Below, piece by piece: positions 30,564-45,005 of a stretch of 64,000 bases of DNA. How positions within the stretch are numbered: position 1 is the stretch's first letter; each line of letters starts with the position of its first letter. Position numbers and translations under genes: made by a program. The DNA is from an uncultured Gammaproteobacteria bacterium (lineage in GTDB: Bacteria > Pseudomonadota > Gammaproteobacteria > Steroidobacterales > GCA-2729495), in contig OY970328.1 of the NCBI GenBank assembly GCA_963717355.1, forward strand, positions 2,165,275-2,229,274. Direction: 5' to 3'. The notes beneath the pieces are model-generated. The model ran no database searches and was not told the origin of the DNA. It saw only the letters and a list, made by a program, of their open reading frames with translations.

Positions 30564-30697
30564 CCACACCGCGCGCCGCCGCAAGCGACGGTACCGAAAG
30601 CGGCGCTCCGCTCACGCCGGCGCCGCCTAGCCGGACCACTCGCGGCATGCTTCCCGGCGAGCGCGTGCCGCCGTCCCGGAGGCCACGGTAGGGCTCG

Positions 30698-32432
30698 TCA
30701 GGTGAGCACGAGCAATTCGGCGCCTTCGTCCACGAGATCGCCCACGGCGAAGCGCACCTCGCCGACGACGCCGTCCGCCGGCGCGGCGACCGTGTGCTCC
30801 ATCTTCATCGCCTCCAGCACCATCAGAGCCTCGCCGCGCCGCACGACCTGGCCCTTCGCCACCTGCACCGCGACGACGCGCCCCGGCATCGGCGCGACCA
30901 GCGGACCGCGGAGGGCGGGGTCGGCTTCCGTGCCTGCCTGCGATGGCCCGCCGCGGGACCGTGTCACGGACGCGTCGCGCTCGCTGCTGCCGAGGCGCCA
31001 GCCGCGAACGTCTTCCCAGGGCGAGGCGAGCGCCGGACTGGTGTCGGCGCCCGAGGCGGCGGGCCGACTCGCGTCTGCGAGCAGCTCGTCGCGATGGCGC
31101 TCGATGAAGCCCGTGTCCACCGCGCCGCGCGCGAAGGCCTCGTGTCCCGCGACCGCGGCGAGGAGTGCGAGATTGGTCTTCACGCCGGCGACGCGAGTCG
31201 CACCGAGCAGCTCGCGCAGGCGCGCGAGCGCCGCCGCGCGGTCCACGTCCCAGGCAACGAGCTTCGCGAGCAGCGGATCATAGTGGATGCTGACGGCGTC
31301 GCCTGCCCGGTAGCCCGAGTCCACGCGCAGATGCGGGCTCGCCGCGGGAAAGCGGAGATCCGTCAGCGTGCCGGTGGCGGGCAGGAAGTCGCGCGCCGGG
31401 TCCTCGGCGTAGAGGCGCGCCTCGATGGCGTGGCCCGCTGAGCGCGAGATCGGCCTGCCGGGCGGGCAGCGGCTCGCCGGCCGCGACGCGGAGCTGCCAT
31501 TCGACGAGGTCCAGCCCCGTGATCGAGCTCGGTCACCGGGTGCTCCACCTGCAGGCGCGTGTTCATCTCCAGGAAGTAGAAATTCCCCGCGCCGTCCGCG
31601 ATGAACTCGACGGTGCCTGCGCCCAGGTAGTCCACCGCGCGGGCGGCGGCGACCGCCGCCGCGCCGATGCTGCTCGCGTCGCTCCGGCGTCATGCCCGGC
31701 GCGGGCGCCTCCTCGATCACCTTCTGGTGGCGACGCTGCACGGAGCAGTCGCGCTCGAACAGGTGCACGGTGTTGCCGTGGGCATCGGCGAACACCTGCA
31801 TCTCGATGTGCCGCGGCGTGGTCAGGTAGTTCTCGAGCAGCACGCGGTCATCGCCGAACGCCGAGCGCGCCTCGCGCCGCGCGGCCGCCAGGCGTCGGCG
31901 AACTCGCCGGCTGCGCTCACGATGCGCATGCCCTTGCCGCCGCCGCCCGCCGTCGCCTTGATCAGCACCGGGTAGCCGATGCGCGCGGCTTCCCCCGCGA
32001 GCCTGTCGTCTGCCTGGTCCGCGCCGTGGTAGCCCGGCACGACCGGCACGCCCGCCTGCTCCATGAGCGCCTTCGCCGCGCTCTTGTCGCCCATCGCGCG
32101 GATCGCGGCGGGGCGCGGGCCGACGAAGACGAGGCCGGCGGCGGCGCAGGCCTCGGCGAAAGCGGCGTTCTCGGACAGGAACCCGTAACCCGGGATGGAT
32201 CGCCTCGGCGCCCGTGCGCTTTGCGGCCTCGACGATGCGGCCGATGTTCAGATAGCTCTCGCGCGCGGGCGCCGGGCCGATCGCCACGGCCTCGTCGGCG
32301 AGTGCGACGTGCACCGCGCCGCGGTCGGCGTCGGAATACACGGCGACGGTGCGCGATGCCCAGCCGCTTCGCGGTGCGGATGACGCGGCAGGCGATCTCG
32401 CCGCGGTTGGCGATCAGGATCTTGCCGAACAT
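30698..32432 (-). pseudogene. 3-methylcrotonyl-CoA carboxylase alpha subunit (biotin carboxylase + BCCP), multiple frameshifts
   Basis: N-terminus [29 protein letters not shown]-grasp segments are scattered over three frames. The C-terminal biotinyl domain has [12 protein letters not shown]. Confidence 0.85.
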
Positions 32433-32454
32433 CGCTGGGTCCAGCCGGGGCGCC

Positions 32455-32606
32455 TCCGCCTCCCGGCGGGACGCTCACTACGGCCATCCCTGGCCGCTTT
32501 CCTCGCGAGGTAACCGCTTGATTGCGACTCGCCGTCTCCGTGAGGCGTTCGCTTGGGTCGTCGCATCGCTCCGCTCCTGCTCCGCTCGCTCCTCACACCC
32601 GCCGGG
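32455..32606 (+). repeat. MITE-like intergenic element, copy C (with ~50 bp internal insertion), between mccB and mccA
   Basis: CTCCGCCTCCCGGCGGGACGCTCACTACGGCCATCCCTGGCC ...insertion... TTCGCTTGGGTCGTCGCATCGCTCCGCTCCTGCTCCGCTCGCTCCTCACACCCGCCGGG. Confidence 0.75.
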
Positions 32607-32640
32607 CGACGAGCCGCCCCGGCTCGACTCCCGCGTGTTC

Positions 32641-34255
<1,615 letters not shown>

Positions 34256-34267
34256 CGAGGCCACCTC

Positions 34268-35174
34268 TCAGTGCGGGCGATCGAGAATCCCGAGCGAGGC
34301 GGCGCGCTCGAGCATGCGCCGGGCCTGCACGAGGTGCGGGCGGTCGAGCATTCGGCCGTCGAGCGCCGTGACGCCCGCGCCGGGCATCGTGGCGAATGCC
34401 TCGACGACGCGGCGGGCATGGAGCACCTCGGCCGGCGACGGCGTGAAGGCCGCGTTGATCGGCGGGACCTGGTCGGGATGGATCGCGAGCTTGCCGGTGA
34501 ACCCGTCTTCCTGGGCGCGCGCGGCGAACGTCGCGAGCCCGGCATCGTCGCGGAAATCAGGGTACAGCGTCTCGATGGCCGCCATGCCCGCGGCCGCCGC
34601 GGCGATCAGGCAGAGGCCGCGCACCATGCGGTAGGTGAAGCAGAACTCGCCCGCCGCGTCGCGGTTGCCTGACCGCGCCGAGCTCGGCGGCCAGATCTTC
34701 GCCGCCCCAGGTGAGCGCCAGCAGCCGCTCCGGCGATTTCGCGTAGCCCGCGAGCGCCGAGCACGGCGAGCGCGGTCTCGGTCGCGATCGCGAGGATGGC
34801 GGTCTTCCCGCCAGCATCGCGCGCCACGCCCTTCTCGCGCTCGATCCTGTCGAGCGTCTCGTCGAGCGCCCAGACGTCATCGACGGAATCCGGCTTCGGC
34901 AGCACGATGCCGGCGGGCCCGGCCGGCATGACGCGCGCGACGTCGTCGTGCATGAGCCCCGAGGCGAGCGAGTTGACGCGCACCCACAGCGCCGGCGCGC
35001 TCCGGCCGTGGTGGGCGGCGAGGAACGCGGCAGCGGCCTCGCGGGCCACGTCTTGCGCTCGGGGCTGACGGAGTCCTCGAGATCGAGGATCACCGCGTCG
35101 GCGCCGCAGTCGAGCGCGCGCGCGAGCTTGCGGTCGCTGTCGGCCGGCACGAACAGCCAGCTCCGCGGGATCAT
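34268..35174 (-). pseudogene. CitE/HpcH-family beta-hydroxyacyl-CoA lyase-like gene, frameshifted
   Basis: N-terminus [42 protein letters not shown]-terminus GFTGKLAIHPDQVPPINAAFTPSPAEVLHARRVVEAF...GRMLDRPHLVQARRML. Confidence 0.75.
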
Positions 35175-35230
35175 GCGGACACTGCCTTGCGGGTCGTCGC
35201 GAGCAATGGACTCGGGCCCGTCACGCGACC

Positions 35231-35676
35231 GGCCTCTTCTCGACGAGCGCGATGCGCTTGCAGCTCGCCACTTCCTCGTTCGCGCTGGTTGCAGGCGCGG
35301 TGGATGAAGGTGACGATGCCGGCGTCCGGCCGCGAGCGGCTCTCGCGCATCTCGTGCACCTCGGTCTCGGTGCGCAGCGTGTCGCCGACGTGCACCGGCT
35401 TCGGAAAGCGCACCTCGTCCCAGCCGAGGTTCGCGACCATCGTGCCGAGCGTCGTGTCGTGCACGGAGACGCCGACCATGAGGCTCAGCGTGAAGCAGCT
35501 GTTGACGAAATGCGGCCGAACTCCGTGCCTTTGCAGTACTCCGCGTCGAGGTGCAGCGCCGCCGGGTTGTGCGTGAGCGTCGTGATCAGGAGGTTGTCGG
35601 TCTCGGTGACGGTGCGATGCAGCACGTGCTCGATCCTCATGCCCACCTGGAATTCCTCGTAATAGAGCCCGCCCAT
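35231..35676 (-). pseudogene. MaoC-like (R)-specific enoyl-CoA hydratase, about 2 frameshifts
   Basis: [44 protein letters not shown]...; [51 protein letters not shown]; C-terminus [18 protein letters not shown] stop at 35231. A GGAGG ribosome-binding site precedes ATG 35676. Confidence 0.75.
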
Positions 35677-35691
35677 GATGCTTACCTCCAA

Positions 35692-35759
35692 TGGTGCCGG
35701 GTCTCAAGTTATTGAGTTGTTGCGGCCGCAACAACTCAATAACTTGAGACCCGGCACCA
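35692..35759. repeat. Perfect 68 bp palindrome centred on GCGGCCGC, between ivd and the maoC-like gene
   Basis: TGGTGCCGGGTCTCAAGTTATTGAGTTGTTGCGGCCGCAACAACTCAATAACTTGAGACCCGGCACCA. It is visibly more AT-rich than its surroundings. Confidence 0.95.
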
Positions 35760-35763
35760 CCAT

Positions 35764-36940
35764 TCAGGCGGTCTCGTCGAAGAGCTCGCGGCCGATCAGC
35801 ATGCGGCGGATCTCGCAGGTGCCCGCGCCGATCTCGTAGAGCTTGGCGTCGCGCAGGAGACGCCCGGTCGGGTAGTCGTTGATGTAGCCGTTGCCGCCGA
35901 GGATCTGGATGGCGTCGAGCGCCATGCTGCGTCGCCCGCTCGCTCGCGTAGAGGATGCGCCGGCGGCGTCCTTGCGCGTCGTCCCGCCGGCGTCGCCGGC
36001 GCGGGCGACGGCGTAGACGTAGGCGTTGCAGGCGTTGAGCGTCGTGTACATGTCGGCGAGCTTGCCCTGCATCAGCTGGAACTCGCCGATCGGCTGGCCG
36101 AACTGCCGGCGCTCGTGCACGTAGGGGATCACGACGTCGATGCAGGCCCGCATCAGGCCGAGCGGCCCGCCGGCGAGCACGACGCGCTCGTAGTCGAGCC
36201 CGCTCATCAGCACGCGCACGCCGCCGTTCACCTCGCCGAGCACGTTCTCGCGCGGGCACTTCGCAGTTCTCGAACACGAGCTCGCAGGTATTCGAGCCGC
36301 GCATGCCGAGCTTGTCGAGCTTCTGCGCGGTCGAGAATCCCGCGAACCCCTGCTCGACGATGAACGCCGTGACGCCGCGGGGCCCGGCGTCGGGCTCGAT
36401 CTTCGCGTAGACCACGAGTGACGTCGGCCTCCGGCCCGTTGGTGATCCACATCTTGGTGCCGTTCAGCACGTAGCCGTCGTCCGCGCGCTCGGCCGTGCA
36501 GGCGCATGCTCACGACGTCGGAGCCCGAGCCGGGCTCGCTCATGGCGAGCGCGCCCGACGTGCTCGCCCGAGACGAGCTGCGGCAGGTAGCGGCGCTTCT
36601 GCGCTTCGTTGCCGCAGCGCTGGATCTGGTTGACGCAGAGATTGGAATGCGCGCCGTAGCTCAGGCCGACGGAAGCCGAGGCGCGGCTGATCTCTTCCAT
36701 CGCGATGACGTGCTCGAGGTAGCCCATGCCGGCGCCGCCGTACTCGCGCTCGACCGTGATGCCGAGCAGTCCGAGCTCGCCGAGCCGCCCCCAGAGTCCG
36801 TCGGGGAACTGGTTGGTCGCGTCGATCTCGGCGGCACGCGGCGCGATTTCGGTGGCGGCAAATTCCCGGACCGCGTCGCGCAGCATCGTCGCGGTATCGG
36901 GCAGATTGAAGTCCAGGAAGTCCGGGGTCATGGCATTCAC
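35764..36940 (-). pseudogene. ivd: Isovaleryl-CoA dehydrogenase, several frameshifts
   Basis: N-terminus [37 protein letters not shown]...[16 protein letters not shown]-terminus ...[24 protein letters not shown], with middle segments in other frames. Confidence 0.85.
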
Positions 36941-36954
36941 ATAATCCTGATAAT

Positions 36955-36971
36955 GTTGACGCTTACGTCAG
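36955..36971. promoter_or_regulatory. Candidate LiuR (MerR-type) operator in the ivd promoter
   Basis: The imperfect palindrome GTTGACGCTTACGTCAG overlaps the liuR stop, ~15-25 nt upstream of the ivd start. It is related to the perfect site at 37385-37400. On the minus strand CTGACG-19 nt-GATTAT could be a MerR-style -35/-10 pair. Confidence 0.5.
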
Positions 36972-37369
36972 TTTGTGCCGATCCGGGGCTCGGCCGTGCG
37001 CAGCAGCTCGGCCAGGCACTTCGCCTCCACCTCGCCCATCGCCACGAGCGTCGCCTCGATGTCGCGCAGCTTCTCCAGCAGCGAGGCGCGATGCTCGCGG
37101 ATCTTGTCGCAGAGGCGCAGGAGCTGGCGCGAGCCGCCGGGGCGGGAGGGGTCGTAGAGATCAATGATTTCGCTGCATTCCTGCAGGGAAAAGCCGAGCC
37201 GCTTCCCGCGCAGCGCGAGCCGCAGGCGCGTGCGGTCGCGGTCCGAGTAAAGGCGTGTGCTACCCCGGCGCGCCGGGGCGAGCAGGCCCTTGTCCTCGTA
37301 GAAACGCAGCGTCCGGGGCGTAATCCCGAACTCGCGCGACAACTGCCGGATGGAATAGACGCCGTCCAA
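36968..37369 (-). CDS. liuR: MerR-family transcriptional regulator of leucine catabolism
   Basis: Intact 133 aa. YSIRQLSREFGITPRTLRFYEDKGLL is a MerR HTH. It sits immediately upstream of the ivd/mcc operon. Confidence 0.8.
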   Translation of the reverse strand: MDGVYSIRQLSREFGITPRTLRFYEDKGLLAPARRGSTRLYSDRDRTRLRLALRGKRLGFSLQECSEIIDLYDPSRPGGSRQLLRLCDKIREHRASLLEKLRDIEATLVAMGEVEAKCLAELLRTAEPRIGTN

Positions 37370-37384
37370 AAGCAGGCACCATGG

Positions 37385-37400
37385 TTGACGTTAACGTCAA
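37385..37400. promoter_or_regulatory. Candidate LiuR autoregulatory operator
   Basis: Perfect 16 bp palindrome TTGACGTTAACGTCAA, 16 nt upstream of the liuR start codon. Confidence 0.55.
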
Positions 37401-37587
37401 CTATAGCGCCGCGCCCCACGCGAAAACAATACCGGGCTCACAGAACGGCCGGATCGCACAGAACGGGGCGTCCGCTGATTGCAAAACGGCAGGCCGGGGA
37501 GTACCAATTTGGCTAACCGCCGCGGCTTCGGCCGCGCGCAGAAGAACAACGGGGCGCTCCGCGGCGGCCCCAAGGGGAGCAACAATC

Positions 37588-39591
37588 ATGAGAAGAATCG
37601 TGGTCGGTAGCGTACTTGCGCTCGCTTTCTTCATCCCTGCGCAGCAGGCCTTGTCCGCCACGGCGGCCGATGCCGCCCGCGCCCGCTTCACGGAGCTGCA
37701 GTCGCGGCTGAAGACGGGCACCGCGCGCAGGATCGGCCCGCAACTCGCGGCCATCGACGCGGCGGCGGCCACGGCGACGCTGCAGCGGCGCTCGGCCGGC
37801 CAGGCCGCGCTGATCTCGAAGCTGAGGGGCCTGCGCACGAAGGACGGTTACGTGAGCGTCAGCGCCTATCCCGAGGACGTCGCGAACGTCGCCGCACTGC
37901 GGACCGCCCTCGTGTCGAAGGGCATGGTAGACGCCAGGGCGCACGAGAACGGCGTGAGCGGCCGCGTGCCGCTGGCCGCCCTCGGCGACATCGCGGGCAC
38001 GCCCGGGCTGAGATTCCTGCGGCCGGCGATTCCACTCACCCATGCCGGCCTCGTCACGACGCAGGGCGACCATGCCATGCGCAGCGACGTGGCGCGGCGG
38101 CGCTTCGGCGTCACGGGCAGGAACGTGCGCGTCGGCGTCATGTCGGACAGCTACAACTGCCTCGAGGGCCCGCTCATCGAGGGCGGGCCGTACACGACGG
38201 CCGCCGACGACATGGCGAGCGGCGACCTGCCGCGCGACGTGATCGTGCTGAAGGACCTCTCCGACGTGCCGAGCCCCGACTGCACCGACGAGGGCCGCGC
38301 CCTCATGCAGCTCATCCACGACGTCGCGCCGGGCTCGACCTTCGCGTTCTACACGGCGTTCGAGAGCCAGGAGGATTTCGCCGATGGCGTCCTCGCGCTG
38401 GCGAAGGCCGGCGCCAACATCATCGTGGACGACGTGATCTACCTCGAGGAGCCGATGTTCCAGGACGGCGCGATCGCGCAGAACGGTGCGCAGGTCGTCG
38501 CCCGCGGCGGCGCCTACTTCTCCTCGGCCGGCAACGAGGCCCGGCAGTCCTATCAGGCGCCGTTCCGGAACTCGGGACTCGTTGGACTGAGCGGCAGGCA
38601 GCACGATTTCGATGCCGGCCGCGGCGTAGACACGCTGCAGTCGGTCACGGCCACGTCGGGCTCGGTGTCGATCCTCTCCCTGCAGTGGGACCAGCCGTTC
38701 TTCTCCGTGTCGGGCAAGACGGGGTCGGCGAGCGACGTGGACGCGTACTACCTCGATGCGGACGGCGTGCCGATCGAGCTTTGCACCGACGATCCCGAGC
38801 AGGTCGTGTGCCAGATCCCGGGGTTCGAGGCCAACATCGGCGCCGATGCGCTCGAGGAGCCGATCCTCGTCAACTTCTCGGATACGGACCTCGAGGCACA
38901 GCTCGCGATCGAGCTCTATGCGGGACCGAGGCCACAGCTCCTGAAGTACGTGTGGTTCGACTTTGCCGGCGGCATATTTATCGTGAACGAGTACGACACG
39001 GAGAGCGCGACGATCTTCGGGCACGCGAACGGGCCGGGCATCGAGGCGGTCGGCGCCGCCGGCTTCTACAACACGGCCGTGTTCGGCGGCGGGAACCATC
39101 CGGAATGCGCCGTCGGGGCATGCCTGCAGAACTTCTCCTCTGCCGGCGGAGTGCCGATCCTCTTCGACAAAAAGGGCCGGCGTCTGCCCTTCCCGGAGGT
39201 GCGCGTGAAGCCCGGCGTCACCGGCCCGGACGGCGGCGACACGACGTTCTTCTTCGCCGACCTGAGCGCGCCCATACCGGGCACGGACGAGCCGAACGGC
39301 AACCCGAACTTCTTCGGCACCTCGGCCTCCGCGCCCCACGTCGCTGGGGTGGCTGCGCTGATGATTGAGAAGCGCCACCGTGACAGCGACGCCAATCGCA
39401 GCTGGTCCGGGCAGCGCGAGCTCTCGGCCGACGCGATATACCGCGCGCTGCGGTCCACGGCGGGCGACGTCCGCTTCCGGGCCGGCATCACCTCCGGGCC
39501 GTTCTACATCGCACACGGCCGCGGCTACGACTTCGATTCCGGCTTCGGTTTCGTGGACGCGGCGAAGGCGCTGCAGGCGATCGGCGACTAA
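37588..39591 (+). CDS. Secreted S8-family serine peptidase
   Basis: Starts MRRIVVGSVLALAFFIPAQQALSA (ribosome-binding site AAGGGGA). Asp region VRVGVMSDSYN, His region LMQLIHDVAPGS, Ser motif FFGTSASAPHVAGVAALM. Intact. Confidence 0.8.
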   Translation: MRRIVVGSVLALAFFIPAQQALSATAADAARARFTELQSRLKTGTARRIGPQLAAIDAAAATATLQRRSAGQAALISKLRGLRTKDGYVSVSAYPEDVANVAALRTALVSKGMVDARAHENGVSGRVPLAALGDIAGTPGLRFLRPAIPLTHAGLVTTQGDHAMRSDVARRRFGVTGRNVRVGVMSDSYNCLEGPLIEGGPYTTAADDMASGDLPRDVIVLKDLSDVPSPDCTDEGRALMQLIHDVAPGSTFAFYTAFESQEDFADGVLALAKAGANIIVDDVIYLEEPMFQDGAIAQNGAQVVARGGAYFSSAGNEARQSYQAPFRNSGLVGLSGRQHDFDAGRGVDTLQSVTATSGSVSILSLQWDQPFFSVSGKTGSASDVDAYYLDADGVPIELCTDDPEQVVCQIPGFEANIGADALEEPILVNFSDTDLEAQLAIELYAGPRPQLLKYVWFDFAGGIFIVNEYDTESATIFGHANGPGIEAVGAAGFYNTAVFGGGNHPECAVGACLQNFSSAGGVPILFDKKGRRLPFPEVRVKPGVTGPDGGDTTFFFADLSAPIPGTDEPNGNPNFFGTSASAPHVAGVAALMIEKRHRDSDANRSWSGQRELSADAIYRALRSTAGDVRFRAGITSGPFYIAHGRGYDFDSGFGFVDAAKALQAIGD

Positions 39592-39610
39592 GCCGCAACA
39601 GTTAACTTAA

Positions 39611-40291
39611 TTAGTCCGGAAACGAGCGCACTGCAACGTCTGGTTGCGCCTCCGGTGCGGCCTGCCGGAAGGCGTCGAGCTCGCGGCACGCCGCATCGAT
39701 CCGCGCGATCGTGGGATAACGGCTGACCTCGATCCCGAAACGCGCCGCCGCATAGCACTGCGGCACCAGGCAGGCATCGGCGAGCCCGGGCTCGTCGCCG
39801 TGGCAGAAGCGCCCGGTCTCGTGGTTCCCCGCGAGTCCCGCCTCGAGCGCCGCGAGCCCGCGGCCTATCCACTCCTCCAGCCACGCGGTCACGGCCGCAT
39901 CGTCGAAGGCATGCCGCCCGCGCAGGTACTGCGTGACGGCAAGGTTCTGCAGCGGCTGGATGTCGCAGGCGACGATTCCCGCGAGCGCGCGCACGCGCGC
40001 GCGTCCGAATGCATCCCGCGGCAGGAGCGGTGGCTCGGGATACACCTCTTCGAGATACTCGAGAATCGCCAGCGATTGCGTGAGCACGCGCCCGTCCATT
40101 TCGAGCGAGGGCACGCGGCCCTGCGGGTTCACGGCGCGGTACGCCGGCTGATTCTGCTCGCCGCCGCCAGCGGCGAGATTCACGGCCACGTACTCGGCGC
40201 GCAGGCCCTTCAGCGCAAGCCCGATCCGCACGCGGTATGACGCCGAGCTCCTCCAGTACGAGTACAGCCGCAGCCGCGTTTCAGATGCCAT
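39611..40291 (-). CDS. maiA: Maleylacetoacetate isomerase (GST zeta)
   Basis: MASETRLRLYSYWRSSASYRVRIGLALKG...NPQGRVPSL...; 226 aa, intact. It is the C-terminal part of the artefactual ORF 39611-40918. Confidence 0.85.
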   Translation of the reverse strand: MASETRLRLYSYWRSSASYRVRIGLALKGLRAEYVAVNLAAGGGEQNQPAYRAVNPQGRVPSLEMDGRVLTQSLAILEYLEEVYPEPPLLPRDAFGRARVRALAGIVACDIQPLQNLAVTQYLRGRHAFDDAAVTAWLEEWIGRGLAALEAGLAGNHETGRFCHGDEPGLADACLVPQCYAAARFGIEVSRYPTIARIDAACRELDAFRQAAPEAQPDVAVRSFPD

Positions 40292-41296
40292 GGACAGCCT
40301 CGCGGGTGGCGTGGGAGATGCAGACGCGCTGGTCGATCGCGCCGAAGATGGAGCGCCCCTCCGCGTCCAGCATCTCGATGCGCACCCGGTCGCCGAAGCC
40401 GCAGGAACGGCGTGCGCGGCGCGCCGTGCTCGATCTGCTCGAGCGCCCGCAGCTCGGCGATGCAGCACGAGCCGGTCGCGCGGTCGCGATTCGACACCGT
40501 GCCCGAGCCGACGATCGTGCCGGCGCGCGCGTTGCGCGTCCGCGTGACGTGCGCGATCAGCCGCGGGAAGTCGAAGGTCATGTCGACGCCGGCATCCGGG
40601 CTGCCCGAACACGCTGGCCGTTGAGCGTGCGACACGAGCGGCAGGTGCACCTTGCCGCCGTCCCAGGCGGCGCCGAGCTCGTCGGGCGTCACCGCGACCG
40701 GCGAGAACGCCGTCGCGGGCTTCGACTGGTAGAAGCCGAAGCCCTTCGCGAGCTCGGCCGGGATCAGGTTGCGCAGCGACCAGTCGTTCACCAGCATCAC
40801 GAGCTTGATGTGCGCCCGCGCGGCCTCGCGGCGTAGTGCCCATCGGCACGTCGTCGGTGATCACCGCGACTTCGGCCTCGAAGTCGATGCCGCCGGCCTC
40901 GCTCCACGAACGACGCATCGTCCATCGGCCCGAGGAAGTCGTCGGAGCCGCCCTGGTAGACGAGCGGATCGGTCCAGAAGCGACGGCGGCATCTCGGCGC
41001 CGCGCGCCTTGCGCACGAGCTCGACGTGGTTCACGTAGGCCGAGCCGTCCACCCAGTGGATAGGCGCGCGGCAGCGGCGCCGTGCGCCGCGCGCGGCTCG
41101 AACGCGAAGCTGCCCTCGGCGCGTCCCGCCTCGAGCGCCGCCGCCGTGCGCGCGAGCAACGGGGCCGCCGCCGCCCAGTCGTCGAGCGCGGCCTGCAGCG
41201 TCGGCGCGATGCCGGCGGCGGCGACCGCGCGCGCGAGATCGCGGCTGACGACGACGAGGCGGCCGTCGCGCGCGCCGTTCCGCAGCGTCGCGAGCT

Positions 41297-41300
<4 letters not shown>
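40281..41300 (-). pseudogene. Fumarylacetoacetate hydrolase-family protein, several frameshifts
   Basis: N-terminus VKLATLRNGARDGRLVVVSRDLARAV...; middle MMLVNDWSLRNLIPAELAKGFGFYQSKPATAFSPVAVTPDELG...MTFDFPRLIAHVTRTR..AGTIVGSGTVSN; C-terminus FGDRVRIEMLDAEGRSIFGAIDQRV. Confidence 0.75.
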
Positions 41301-43575
<2,275 letters not shown>

Positions 43576-43579
<4 letters not shown>

Positions 43580-44454
43580 GCGGGTTGCCCCGGATGGCCG
43601 CGCGTGACGACGCGATCCGTCGGCAGCAGGGTGCCGGGCGGTATCGCCTCCGCCGCACGAAACTTCTCGTAGAGCGGCGCGAAGTCGGTACCGTAGCCCG
43701 ACCGGAACAGCTGCTCGAAGTCGTCGAGCACGAAGTAGATCCGCTGGAAGTCGTCTATCAGGTACTGCGTCCGCATCACGCGCTCGAGATCGAACCCGAC
43801 ACGATGCGGCACGGGGCTCTCGATGCTGTACACCGTCTCGCCTTTCGACGAGAGGATGCCCGCGCCGTAGGCCTTCAGGCCGGCGGGGGTGTGGATCAGG
43901 CCGAACTCGACGGTGTACCAGTACAGGCGCGCGAGCATGGGTATCGCGCCGTTCGCGATCGCCTTCGGCCCCGCGGCGCCGTAGGCCTGCATGAAGCGCG
44001 CGAACACCGGATTCATGAGGAGCGGCACGTGGCCGAAGAAGTCATGGAAGAGATCGGGCTCGGCGAGATAGTCGAGCTCGCTCCGCTCGCGCATCCACAC
44101 GGAAACGGGGAAGGAACGGTTGGCGAGGTGCTGGAAGAACTGCGCCTCCGGTATCAGGCCCGGCACCGCGACGATCCGCCAGCCGGTCGCCTGGCCGAGC
44201 GTGCCGTTGATCTCGGCGAAATCCGGGATCGTCGTCTCCGTTGCGCCCAGCAGACGCAGCCCCGCGAGGACTTCCGGCGCCGCGTATTTCTCGGCGAGCC
44301 GGATCTGGCGCAGGAACAGCATGCGCCAGATGTCGTGCTCCTCCGCGTCGTACTCGCCCCAGTGCTGCTCGACGGTGTAGTCCGCAGCGACGCCGGCGTA
44401 GTTGCCGCGTAGCTTCAGACGTTCCCGTGTTGGCGCGCTCGGAGGTTGCACCAT
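43576..44454 (-). CDS. phhA: Phenylalanine 4-hydroxylase
   Basis: Intact. The likely start is MVQPPSAPTRERLKL. Iron-ligand region DLFHDFFGHVPLL...YWYTVEFGL. Confidence 0.85.
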
Positions 44455-45005
44455 GGCCACATCCTGGTTCCGCTGCTCACGCCGGCTGGGCGCGCGCGGG
44501 CCCGACCTCGCCAAGCATACACCTGCGCGCAGGCCGCATCGTCGCCCGTCAGAATCAGGAAAAAAGAAAGGCGCAGGCGGAACAAGCAAGCAAGTGGGGT
44601 CTTCGCACTAGAGGTAGCTTTGGCTCGATCCCGCCGCGCCGAAAACGACGTCACTACACCACATTGGTCGCCCGACCGAAATTCTGAATCGGCCCGCCCT
44701 CGAGTCAGCATCCTCCTACAGGCTTTTTCGGGTCCGGAGGCCGTAGCAAATCTTCCAATGGGGTCTCGCAATTTTTTGCGAATGGAGGCCTGGCATGATC
44801 TCCCGGGTGATCCGGTTCCGGCGCCAGGCGAAGGCGCACTGACCCCGCACTGACCCGGGCGTTCCGACATCACCTGATCGATCCCGCAGAGGAGCATTGC
44901 CTGAATGGCAATGTCTCCCCTGTATTTTCTTGCGTTCTGCTGAAGCCCCGGAAAGGGTCGTTCAACGCAGCGGCGCTGCGCGCCGCGATCGAGCTGTCTG
45001 GTTGA

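Noticed and set aside
39611-40918. A 435 aa ORF suggesting a fused FAH-GST protein
   Set aside because: The N-terminal ~210 aa are out-of-frame read-through of the frameshifted fah gene. The maiA part starts at its own ATG (40291), and the true fah C-terminus (…GAIDQRVCISHATREAVHGI) ends at 40281 in another frame.
44455-45005. A sigma-54 / PhhR-type promoter upstream of phhA
   Set aside because: I looked for TGGCAC-N5-TTGC on the phhA strand and found nothing convincing. A TGGCAT at ~44784 is on the wrong strand and lacks the -12 element.
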